NCBI GenBank assembly: GCA_014905635.1
Contig: CM026547.1
Span: forward strand, 2,108,001 to 2,172,000
Source: Scenedesmus sp. PABB004
Taxonomy: Eukaryota
Length of the DNA stretch: 64,000 nt
Direction of reading: 5' to 3'
Positions 1 to 10,418 of the stretch are shown piece by piece. The notes beneath the pieces were generated by a model that was not told the origin of the DNA, searched no databases, and worked only from the letters and a program-made list of their open reading frames with translations. Numbering within the stretch: the stretch's first letter is position 1; each line of letters begins with the position of its first letter. Made by a program: the position numbers and the translations under genes.

Positions 1-965
1 ATGGACGTCACGTCGGCGGCCGCCGCGCACGAGCGGCTGTGCAACGGCGCGCGGCCCGCGGCCGCGCACGCGCCGCACGCCGCCGTGGGCAGCGCGCCGC
101 CCGGCGCCGCGGGCGAGGGCGGCGCGGCGGGCCAGGCGGCGGCCCAGGCGTTTGCTGCGGCGACCGCGGCCAACGGCGGCCCGGGCGCCCTCACGGCCGC
201 GCAGCTGCTGACGATCATGCCGCCGGAGATGCAGCAGCAGCTGGCTGCGCAGCTGCTGGCGCCGGCCGGGCCGCTGCCCGAGCACGGCGGCCGCGGCGGC
301 GGCGGCGCGTCGCCGCCGCCGCACGCGCTGCTCAGGCAGCACCCGCCCGCCGCGCCGCGCCCGCCATCAGCGGCGCGCTGCCGCTGCCGGGCGGTGCGCG
401 CGGCGGCGGCGGCGGCGCCGCGGCGGCGGCGCCGGCCGTGCTGTCGGCGCTGCCGCCCGGCCTGGCGTGCCTGTCGGGCGCGCCGGCGGGCATCTCCCCC
501 GCGGCTGCCGACGTGCTCGCGCTGCTGGAGGCGGCCGAGGGCCTGACCGGCGGCGGCGGCAGCAGCACGCTCAAGTTCACGCGCAAGGCGAGCGCGGAGT
601 GGAAGAACAGCCGCGGCAACGGGCGCAAGATGAAGGGCCTGCTCGCGGCGGCGCTCAAAAAGATGCCCGGCCCGCCGCGCGGCGCGCTGGCGCCGCCGCT
701 GCCGTGCGGCGGCGACGCCCGCGACGCAGCGGCGGCGCCGCTGGCGGCAGCCGCGCTCGGCGCCGGGCCGCTGCCGGGCGGCGGCGCCGGCACGCCCGGC
801 GCGGGCGGCAGCGACGCGCTCATCCGGCGCACGCACTACCGGACCACGGGGGACGAGCCCTGGCGGCGCATCACAACCGTGCGCTGGGGCGCCTACGCGG
901 CGCCGCCGGCGCCGCCCGGCGGCGCGGCGCTGCACCAGCAGCCACCCGCCATGGCCAGCGGCTGA
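1..965 (+). CDS. 3' part of an unidentified low-complexity (Ala/Gly/Pro-rich) protein, probably truncated at the window start; apparent frameshift near 350-365
   Basis: Frame 1 reads as plausible protein (AQLLTIMPPEMQQQLAAQLL) to ~350. Frame 3 then carries the sensible sequence (STLKFTRKASAEWKNSRGNGRKMKGLL...RRTHYRTTGDEPWRRITTVRWG) to TGA 963-965. No family recognised. Confidence 0.55.
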   Translation, partial: GRHVGGRRARAAVQRRAARGRARAARRRGQRAARRRGRGRRGGPGGGPGVCCGDRGQRRPGRPHGRAAADDHAAGDAAAAGCAAAGAGRAAARARRPRRRRRVAAAARAAQAAPARRAAPAISGALPLPGGARGGGGGAAAAAPAVLSALPPGLACLSGAPAGISPAAADVLALLEAAEGLTGGGGSSTLKFTRKASAEWKNSRGNGRKMKGLLAAALKKMPGPPRGALAPPLPCGGDARDAAAAPLAAAALGAGPLPGGGAGTPGAGGSDALIRRTHYRTTGDEPWRRITTVRWGAYAAPPAPPGGAALHQQPPAMASG

Positions 966-2761
966 GGCGGCGCCGCGCGCGCGGCGGCCACCGACCGAGG
1001 GCTGGGGACGGAGCAGTTGCTCTGCGTGCGCACACCCACAGCCCGCGCCATGGAACGGCGCCGCTCTCCTGCTGCTGCGGGGCGGGGCGCTGGGGCGCGT
1101 GCGCCCCGCCGCCCGGCGGGGCGCGGGGCGCGGGGCGGACGGCGGGGCCGGACGGCGGGGCGGGCGGCTCGGTCGCCCATCTTTGGCGCGCGCGCCGCGC
1201 GCCGTGCTTTGCATCTCCATGTGTTGATCGTTTGCCGCGGCCGGCCGCGCGCCGGCGGCGGTGCTGACGAGCGGAGCGCGCGCGCCCGATGCGCGCGCGC
1301 CTGGCTGCGACGGGGATATTGCGCGCCCTCCAGAGCGGCGCCCGCGCGGCGGCAGGCAGCCTGTGCTGCTGCCGCCGCGCCGTCGCGCGGCGCCATGTGC
1401 CGCGGCGGATGCACATGGCGCCAGCTTTTTGCGGCGGCGGCGGCGGGGGGCGGCGCACGTGTGGGTGCAGCGGCGGGCCGGACCCCGGCGCGGCCGCAGC
1501 GGCGGCGGCGCGCGGCGGCACACGGTGCAGGAGGACGGCGGCACGGCACGGCCCTCGCGCGTGGGCATGCAAACGCATGCGCATGCGCACCTGTACAGGC
1601 CGTGGTTTTGAGCGGCGACAGGCCAGTTTTGGGGCGGGCGGGCGGGCGGAGCGCGCGTTGGGGGCGGCGTGTGTGCTCGCCCCTTCGCGGCGGTCGTGGC
1701 GACGACGACGATTGTGAGGTGCGGGGGGGGCGCCGGCCCTCGCCGCCGTGCTGGAGACGCAACGTAGGAGGGTTGCTTTGTTTGCGGCCTCCAGGCTGCC
1801 GCCGCCGGCCGCCTGGATGTCTGCTGTTTGTGTGGCGCGCGCGCGCGGGGCGGACAGGAGGAGGACGGACGGCGACAAGGGTAGCGGCAGGCGCGGGCGG
1901 GGCGGCGTCGGGACGGGTTGCGGGCCTGCCGCACAGGCAGCCGCCGCGCAACAGCACACGGGCACGAAGCGGCGCGGCCGGACGGCCGCGCCGCACGGTT
2001 TTGGGGCGGGGCGGGCGGCGCGGCTTCCTCCCGTCCCCAAGCGCGGGCGGGGCGGTGCCGCACCGGCGGCGGCGTGGGAGGCCGGCCAACGAACGTGCTC
2101 TCTTGTAGCTTGCATGCCGCGGGCGCGCCGGCATGGCCTCGTAGTCTGCGTGTGCGCGCGCGCCCCCGCGTGGGGGGCGCGCGTAGGTATGTCGACGCGC
2201 GGGCCTCGGCCTCGGCGCGCGTTTGCGGTGTGGGTTGTGTGCCGGCGCCATGTGCGTATGTGTGTCAGGCTGATCGAGCTGATCAAGAGAGAGGAGGAGG
2301 AGGACCCCCCATCCGTTGCGTGGCGTTGAGGACCAACGACAGGGCGAACTGTCTCCTTCTTCGTGCGGTGACGGCGACGACCGCGGTGCGCGCGAGGGCC
2401 GCCGGCCAGCAGCAGCACTCGCAGAACCGGTCGGCGCCGCGCGGCGGGCAGCCCCCAGCGCAGCCGCCCGGCCGCGCGCGCGGCAGGCCGCGCCGCCGGG
2501 CGCGCCGCCGGGCGCGCGTGCGGCGGCGGGCCCGCGCGCGCCTCTGGCCCGCGCGCTGCCCCCGGGCGCATGCACACACGCCCGCCAGGCGCGCCAGCGC
2601 GCTCCGCGCCGCACGACGCTGCGGCGGGGGACCGGGCGGCCTATGACAGGGCGCGCCTCAACTGTCGCTGGCCCCCGGCGCGCACGAGCGCAGCCGTTCG
2701 CGCGCGGCGCCGCCACACCTCAGCACACGCTCCCCCTCGCTCAACGCGGCCCCCAGGCACC

Positions 2762-3996
2762 ATGAAGGCGCTCATCCTGGTCGGTGGCTATGGCACCCGC
2801 CTCCGCCCGCTCACGCTGACGGTGCCCAAGCCGCTGGTGGAGTTCTGGTGAGCCTGCCAGCGCGCGGGGAGGCGCCGGCGTCGCGCGTGGGGCGCGGGGG
2901 CGGCGGCCACGCCGGCAGCGCGCGCATGCGGCGCTCGCGGGCGCGCCTGGGCAGCGGGGGCCCGCCGCGCCGCGCGCAGCTGCTCCGGGGCTCGGCTGAA
3001 CTCCGCGCCGCACGGTGCCGCAGCAACAAGCCCATGATTGTCCACCAGATCGAGGTGCGGCCACCCCGCGCGCAGCACATTTTGCTGCCCCCGCGCGCCG
3101 CCCGGCGCGGCCGCCCACGCCGCCCCGCGGCGTCGCATCGCAGGCGCTCAAGAGCGCGGGCGTGACCGAGGTCGTGCTGGCCATCAACTACCGCCCCGAG
3201 GTGCGCGCCGGGCGCGGCGAAATCGTTGGCAGTTGCCCCCCGCCCGCGGCGCGCCGCGCAGGGCCAGCGACCGGGGCGGCGCTCGGGTCGTGTGCCGCGC
3301 CCCGCTGAGCCACACGCGCCGGGCGCCGGGGCGGTGGTGGCTCGCGCGCTGCTGCTCACCCGCCGCCGCGGCGCGCGCCGCCAGGTGATGATGGGCTTCA
3401 TCGCCGAGTGGGAGCCCAAGCTGGGCGTCAAGATCGTGTGCTCGCAGGTGCGTGTGGCCACCGCGGCGGCCCGGGCCGGGGCGCGCACGGGGTGCCCGCG
3501 CGCCGCCGCGGTGCAGGGGCGGCACCGCTCAACGCGCCGCCGCCGCGCGGCCCCGCCGCGGCGCTCTGTCTGTCGTGCAGGAGAAGGAGCCGATGGGCAC
3601 CGCGGGCCCGCTGGCGCTCGCGCGGGAGCTGCTCGACGACGGCAGCGGGCAGCCCTTCTTCGTGCTCAACAGGTCAGCGACACCGCGCCCCTCGGCGCCG
3701 CCGCCCCGCCGCCACCGCGGCCGCACGGCCCCGCGCGCGGCCCCGCGGCCCGCGGCGCGTGTCACACGTCGCGCCGCGCCCCGCCCGCGCGCGCGCAGCG
3801 ACGTCGCGTGCGAGTACCCGCTGAAGGAGATGCTCGAGTTTCACCGCGCGCGCGGCGCAGAGGCGACCATCCTCGTCACCAAGGTGCGGCGCGCGCCCCC
3901 CGCGCCGCCGCCGCCAGCCTCGGCGGGCCGCACGCGCCGCGGCCCCGCCGCGAGGCGCGCGGGCGCTCAAGACGCGCGCGCCGCGCCCGCGCCCGT

Positions 3997-4029
<33 letters not shown>

Positions 4030-4448
4030 AGGTGGACGACCCGAGCAAGTACGGCGTGGTGATCATCAACGAGTACGGCCAGGTGCAGCAGTTTGTGGAG
4101 AAGCCCAAGGAGTTTGTGGGCGACAAGATCAACGCGGGCATCTACTGCTGCAGCCCCCGCGTGCTCGACCGCATCGAGCTCCGCCCCACGAGCATCGAGA
4201 AGGAGGTCTTCCCCCACGTCGCCGCCGACGCGCAGCTCTACGCCTTCACCCTCAGCGGCTACTGGATGGACGTGGGCCAGCCCAAGGACTACCTCAAGGG
4301 TGCGGCGCCGCGGCGGCGGCGCCGCCGCGGCGACAGCGCCGCCGGCGCGGCAGCGCGGCGACGACAGCGCCGCGCGCGGCAGCGCGGCGACAGCGCCGTG
4401 CGCGCGGACGGCCGACCCCCGCCGCCGTGCGCGCGGACGGCCGACCCC

Positions 4449-4535
<87 letters not shown>

Positions 4536-5055
4536 GCCGCGGCCGCGCAGGCCTGACGCTGCACCTCGACTCGCTCAACATCCACGCGCCCGGCGCGCTG
4601 TACAGCGCGCCGGGCGTGAGCGGCAACGTGCTCGTCGCGGGCAGCGCCAAGATCGGCCCCGGCTGCAAGATCGGGCCCGACGTCTCCATCGGCGAGGGCT
4701 GCGTCGTCGGCGCGGGCGTGCGGCTGAGCAACTGCGTGGTCATGCGGGGCGTGGAGATCGGCGACCACAGCAAGGTGCGCGCGCGCGCGGCGGCGCTGGC
4801 CGCGCGGCGGCGGGTGCTGGCGCGCCGCGCGGCGGCCGCCGACCGCGCGCGCGCCGCCCGGCGCGCCGACCTGCGCAGGTCGACAAGTGCATCGTGGGCT
4901 GGGAGAGCAAGGTCGGCAGCTGGTGCCGGCTGGAGAACCACTGCGTGCTGGGCGAGGACGTGCAGGTGCGCAGCGAGCTCTACATGAACGGCGCGGTCGT
5001 GCTGCCGCACAAGGAGATCAAGGAGTCGGTGCAGACGCCAAACATCATCCTCTAG
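2762..5055 (+). CDS. VTC1: Mannose-1-phosphate guanylyltransferase (GDP-mannose pyrophosphorylase, GMPPB/VTC1 type), about 9 exons
   Basis: [101 protein letters not shown], left-handed beta-helix repeats ([16 protein letters not shown]), VLPHKEIK...IIL-TAG. GT-AG introns, e.g. 2848-3023. Confidence 0.97.
4300..4550 (+). repeat. Intronic tandem repeats: GCGCGGCGACAGCGCC-like units, a 29-bp duplication (GTGCGCGCGGACGGCCGACCCCCGCCGCC x2) and a ~75-bp (CCG)n microsatellite
   Basis: Directly visible inside the VTC1 intron between YLK and GLTLHLDSL. Confidence 0.85.
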
Positions 5056-5839
5056 GCAGGCGGGGCCGCGGCAGGCGAGGGGACACGGGGGCACGAGACC
5101 TGACACAGACAGGGGCAGGACGGAGCCACAGCGCACGCGCACCGGCGCGCGCGCGCGCGCTCGCGGCGGGCCAGCGCTCCCGCGCGCGCGCGCGCGCGTC
5201 GGCCCCGCCCTCACTTGTGATGTCACCCGGCTGCAGCGGCGGCCGGGCCATCCACGCGCCGCCGCCGGCGCGCTCGCATTCGGCGCGGCCGGCGGCGGCG
5301 CGCACGCAAATAAAGGACGACGGGGCCCCTCGGGAGGGGCAGGAGAGGCGTGTGCGTGCGCGTGCAACAACGAATGACCCCTCGCGCCTGGGGCCCGCCG
5401 GACGCAGCGAGCGGGGGGGGGGGGGGGCGGTCGCGGCCCGCCAGCCGCGCCGACGGGCGCGGCCGCCGCGCGCGGTGCCGCGCGGGAGGGCGCGGCGCGG
5501 CCGCCGTCAAGTCAAGTCGAGCATGAGTTACCGAGCAGCCCCAGGCCCCAGCCCCAACCCCGCGGCTGCCCGCGCGCGCGCCGCCGAGGCCGGCGCTAAT
5601 CAGAGGCCGCGAGCGCTTCCGCAGCGGGCGCGGCAGGTCACGGGGAGAAAGTACAGCCAGGGTACAGCGACGGCGCGCGGCGCGCTGGCTGCTGCGCCGG
5701 CGCCCCCGGCCGCGCTGTGGCAGGGCCGGGGCGCGCCCAGCAGCGCGCACACGCGGCAGCGGCGCGCACATGCGGCCGCCCGCGCAAGCTGCAGGCCAGG
5801 CGGCCCGCCTGCGGCAGCGCGTGGCGGCGGCGCGGCTCT

Positions 5840-6858
5840 CTACTCCTCGTCCTCCTCGTCGTCCTCCTCCTCCTCCTCCTCCTCGCCGTCGTCGCCAGCC
5901 TCGCGTTTCCGCTTGTGCGCCGGCGCGGACGCCTCCTGCGCGGCGGCGCGCGGGCGGCCGCGTCAGCAGCGCGGCTCGACCGCTGCCCCCCTCCTGCTGC
6001 CGCCGCCGTGCGCGGCGGCCGGCGGCCGGCGGCCACAGCTGCGCGGCGCGCACCTCGCCCTCGTCGTCCTCGTCGTCGCCCTCGCTGTCCTCCTCTGGCT
6101 CCGCCTCGTAGTCCTCCTCGTCCTCCGGCGCCGGCTCGTCGCCCTGCCGCGGCGGCGGCGGCACGCGCGCGCGCGTCGGGCGGGGCGCGGGGCGCGGGGC
6201 GCGGGGCGCGGGGCGCGGGGCGCGGGGCGCGCGGCGCGCGGCTGCCGCGCTGCGCACCGCAATCATCTCCACGCCGGGCTCCGCCTCCTCCTCGTACGCC
6301 GAGCCTTCCTCCTCGCCCTCCTCGCCCTCGGCGTCGCCGTCGTCGTCGTCGCCGCCGCCCTGCAGGCAGGCGCGCAAGCAAAAGTCGCGCGGGGGCGGCA
6401 GCAGCGCGGCGGCGGTGAGCGGCGCCCGCAGCTCCCGCGCGGGCCGGAACAGTGTGAGGGGCGGGCCGGCCAGCGCGGCGGCGGAGTCGTGCGCGAGCAG
6501 GCGCGGGGCGGGTGCAGGGAGAGCTGCCGCTGCTGCGGCGCGCGGCACCGGCGGCGGCGCCGCTGCTCGGAGCGCGCGCGGCGCGCGGCCGCTGCGGAGC
6601 GTGCGCGCGGGTCCCGGCCGGGCCGCCCCGCCCCGCCCGCGGGCGCGCCCCCGGCACGGGCTGGCGCCGAGCAGCAGGCGGGCAGCAGCAGCGCCCTCCC
6701 CCGCCCAGGCTCACGTCGGCGCCGCCCTCCTCGCCGGCGTCAAAGTCCTCATCGTCGTCGTCCTCGTCCTCGCCGCCCTCCTCGCTCTCCGCGGCGTCCC
6801 GGGCCCACGGCTCCCGGCCCAGCACCTCGGCCTCCACGTCGTCGCGCTGGCCGATCAT
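5840..6858 (-). CDS. Small hyper-acidic disordered protein with a KRKR nuclear localisation signal (4 exons, ~140 aa)
   Basis: Exons: MIGQRDDVEAEVLG...EDEDDDDEDFDAGEEGGAD | GGGDDDDGDAEGEEGEEE...EMIA | GDEPAPEDEEDYEAEPEEDSEGDDEDDEGE | EASAPAHKRKREAGDDGEEEEEEEDDEEDEE-TAG, joined by GT-AG introns. The start codon is uncertain. Confidence 0.75.
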
Positions 6859-7318
6859 CGCGGCTCCGCTGCTGCGCTGAGGCTGGCGGGCGTCACGGCC
6901 GTCCTCCCGAACGGCGCGGCGGGGGCTGCGGGCGCCTGGGCTGCGCGGGGGGTGGCCGGTGGCTGCGGCACTGATCAGGCGCTCCCCGCGGGGGCGAGGG
7001 AGGGGCAGGGAATGCCGGGGGCGGCTGGAGCGCGGCGCGGATCGTCGGGCAGGCCGAGACGGCAGCGGCGGGGCAGCGGCGCGGCGAGGGGCGCAGCGAT
7101 GCGCTGCGGGCGGGGCTCGCGGCTGCTGGTGCGGCGCGCTGCAGTGGCCAGGGAGCAGCGGCGACGCGCTGTCGACAGCGCGCATCGACAGCCCAAGCGC
7201 CGGGGATGCGGGCGCCTGAACCTGAGCCGCAGCGCGTTTGAAAACGCAACGCGGCCGGCGCGCGGCGGCGCGGGCGTGTTGCCATCGCTGCGTCGCCCAG
7301 CGCGCTCAGCCTGATCAG

Positions 7319-7402
7319 CACGGCGTCACGCCGCCCACCGGCGGCAGGTGGGGCGAGCTCCACGGCGTCACGCCGCCCACCGGCGCAGGTGGGGCGAGAG
7401 CT
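7319..7402. repeat. Near-perfect 42-bp tandem duplication spanning the GST stop codon
   Basis: CACGGCGTCACGCCGCCCACCGGCG(G)CAGGTGGGGCGAG occurs at 7319 and again at 7361. Confidence 0.9.
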
Positions 7403-8447
7403 GGAAGGCGTCGTAGCTGTCGTAGTCGAAGAAGTCGAGGCTGCCGTGCCGCCGCAGCGCCGAGGCAAAGAGGCCCGCGTCCGGCGCCGCCAGCGCCGCC
7501 CAGGGCTGGCTGTGCAGGTGCGCCTGCGTCGGCAACGGGGCGGTCGCGGCGGCTCGCGCGGCTGTGGGCGGTCGCGGCGGCACGCGCGGCGCACGCGCAG
7601 CGGGCCGCGCACCATCCAGGCGGCCAGCGCGCCGCCGTGCAGCGCGGCCACATCCACCTCGCCGCGCAGCGCCAGCGCCCAGGCAAAGCGCTCGAAGAAG
7701 GGCAGCAGCGCGACGTCGGCCTGCCGGCGGCCCGGGGGGCGGGTGTGAGCGAGGCGCCGCAGCGCGCCGGCGCGGCCTGGCGGCAGGCCGCCGCGCCGCC
7801 CGGCCGCTCACCAGCGACGCCGTCGGCCCCGTGAGGCAGGGCCCGCCGAAGCGCTCCAGCGCCGCGGCGAGGGCGCCGCTCTGCGCCTCAAAGCGGCGCA
7901 CCTGCGCCGCGCTCGGCGCCGCGCCGACGCCCCACGCGCGCGCCGTGGTGCCCGCCACCACGTCCAGGCCTGCGGCGCGCGGGCGCGTGGGCTTGGGCCC
8001 GGGCTTGGGCGTGGGCGGGCGCTACGCGCACGCGCACGCCGCCGCGCCCGCCGCCGCACCCGCCGACACGATGCCCCCGGCCTGGCGCAGCAGCTCCTCC
8101 ATGCCCGCCGCCGCGGCCGGCGCTGCGGGCGTGAGCGACGGGCCGGCGCTCGCGCCGTCGAGCCACCTGCACACGTCCAGGCTCTCCACGTGCGCCGCGC
8201 CGCCGCCGTCGACGAGCGCCGGCACGAGGCCGGCGGGGTTGACCTGCGCCATAAACCAGGCCGGCTTGCGGGCGAGGTCCACCTGCACCAGTTCAAAGCC
8301 CTCGCCCTTGCATAGCAGCGCCAGCAGCACGCGCTGCGCGTAGGGGCACAGCGTGTGCCCGTACAGCACGGGGCGGCCGCGCGGGCACAGCGGGCCCGGC
8401 AGCTGCGCCGCGTGGTGCACGCGCAGCAGCGGCGCCGCCGGCGGCAT
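7368..8447 (-). CDS. Glutathione S-transferase, Cys-type (omega/lambda/DHAR-like)
   Basis: LYGHTLCPYAQRVLLAL active site, VDLARKPAWF, VNPAGLVPAL (cis-Pro), HVESLDVCRWLD, and C-domain TGPTASL|ADVALLPFFERF. About 3 introns. Confidence 0.9.
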
Positions 8448-8747
8448 GTCGCCGCCGCCGCCGCCGCTGCGGCGGCCGCGCTTGTAGCGGCGGCGCTGCG
8501 GCGGCGCGGCAACGGTCGGCGGTGGCGCAGCGGCGGCGCTGCTTGCGCTGCCGCGCGGCAGCGGCGGCAGCGAGTTGCGGCGCGGCGGGCGCGAAGGATG
8601 TGCGAGCGTGCAGGGCGCAAGCTGGGGGGCGGGGCGGACGCGCTGCTCAAGGCTGTGGAAAAACGCGGCGTTTTTCGGGCGCGCTGCGCCGCTGCTCAGG
8701 CGCTGCGCGTGGCGCCGCGCCGCACCACTCCCGGAGCTGCCGCTGCC

Positions 8748-9969
8748 ATGCAGATCCAACGCGCCATTTGGGGTGCGCCGGCGGCGACCGCGGCGGCGGC
8801 GGCGCCGCGCTGCGTCCGCGCCCGCCGCTGCCCGGGCGCCGAGGCCGCAGCAGACCGCCAGCAGCACCGGCAGCAGCAGACGCAGACGCAGCAGCACATG
8901 CAGACGCAGCAGCAGACTCAGCACCGGCAGCAGCACCGGCAGACGCAGACGCAGCATCGGCCGCTGGGCCGCCGGGGGACGCTGGCGGCCGCGGCGGCGG
9001 CGGGGCTGCTGCTCGCGGCGCCGCAGCGGGCGGCGCGCGCGGCGGCGGCGCGGCCGCCAGCGGTGGACCCCGCCCTGGCGGTGGCCTTCCAGGAGGCGCT
9101 GGCGGCCCGCTCCTTTGCCGACGCCGACGCCGCGTGGGGGCGCGCGATCGCGCTCGCGCCCGAGAATGCGGCGGCACGGAGCAACCGCGGCACTGTGCGG
9201 CTGCAGGCCGGCGAGTGGGCGGCGGCGTACGACGACCTCGCGGCCGCGGCGGCGCTGGAGGCGGAGCAGCGCGGCGCGGCGAGCGGCGTGCTGCTAAACA
9301 ACCTCGGCAACGCAGAGGGCGCGCTCGGGCGGTGGCCCGACGCGCTGCGACACTACCGCGCCGCGGGGGGCGACGCCGAGGTCGGGGCCATCGCGCTCGC
9401 CAACTACGCGCTCGCCGCGTGGGAGACGGGCGACGCCGGCGCCGCGGTCGCGACCGCGCGGCAGCTGCTGCGCAGGTGGGTGCGCGGGGGGGAGGGGGGG
9501 GTCGCGTTGGCACGCGGTTGGCGCGCCCCCCTGACCGCCACCCGTTTGCCGGCGCTGCCGCTGCTGGCGGTGGGGTGCAGGGACCCGGAGTTCCTGGACG
9601 CCCGCGCAGCGCTGACCGCGTTCCTGTGGGGCTCGGGGCAGCGCAGTGCGGCCGAGGGCGAGTGGGAGGCGCTGCAGCAGGCGTCGGACGGCCTCGGCGC
9701 CGCACTCTACTCCGCCACCGGCGCCGTGGAGCGCGTGCGGCACAGGTGCGCGCCGACGGCGGGGCGGCGGCGGTCGCCGGCGGGCGCCGCGGCCGCCGCG
9801 AACGGCGGCCCGACAGCTGCGCGCGCTGCGGCCGCCGCATGTCGCCGCCCGCCACAGGTGGCCGCCGCGCGCGACGGCCGCACTGGTGGCCTTTCTCAAC
9901 GTTGCAGACGAGGGCGAGGCGGAGGGCTACGACCTGGTGGTGCGCCGGTACACGTTTGGCGCTGCGTGA
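8748..9969 (+). CDS. TPR-repeat protein with a bipartite plastid/thylakoid-lumen (twin-arginine) targeting peptide
   Basis: LGRRGTLAAAAAAGLLLAAPQRAARA Tat-like signal. TPRs ADAAWGRAIALAPENAAARSNRGTVRL and LLNNLGNAEGALGRWPDALRHY. C-terminal RR|DPEFLDARAALTAFLW and RH|RWPPRATAALVAFL. 2 introns. Confidence 0.85.
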
Positions 9970-10063
9970 GCGCGCGGCGCTTGCCGGCCGTCTACGGGCG
10001 CGTGGAGCGAGCGCGGCCGCGTCCGCCGAGAGAGCGCGCGCGCGTTAACGACGACGGCCGCCC

Positions 10064-10386
10064 TCACCCCGCGGGGCGCCAGTTCTCCTCCCGCCAAAAC
10101 CCCCCGCGGGCGTCAAAGTCGAGGTTGCCGCCGCAGAGCACCACGCCCACGCGCAGCGCCGCGCCCGGGCGCGCCGTCGCGCCGCCGGCCGCCGCGGCCG
10201 CGGCAAAGCCGGGCGACAGCACCGCCGCGAGCCCCGCCGCGCCGCTGGGCTCGACCACGAGCTTCATCCGCTCCATGATGAGCCGCATCGCCGCAACAAT
10301 CTCCGCGTCGCTCACCACCACCACGCCGTCAACGCAGTCCCTTACAACGGGCCATGTCAGCTCGCCCAGCCGCGCTGCCGGCGGCC

Positions 10387-10418
<32 letters not shown>

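Noticed and set aside
966..2760. 1.8-kb gene-free stretch with ORFs on both strands and a lone GTATGT donor-like site near 2187
   Set aside because: No coherent exon chain or protein motif. The GT/TG-rich patches look like a long 3' UTR plus the VTC1 promoter.
2570..2761. In-frame upstream ATG extending VTC1 by 64 aa, or a regulatory uORF
   Set aside because: The family begins at MKALIL and that ATG has good context. The known ascorbate-responsive uORF belongs to VTC2/GGP, not this gene.
6179..6232. (GGGGCGC)n heptamer, plus (GGC)n tracts at ~10380-10455 and ~23635-23677 and (GT)n at ~57133-57149
   Set aside because: These are ordinary intronic microsatellites expected in this genome, with no further structure.
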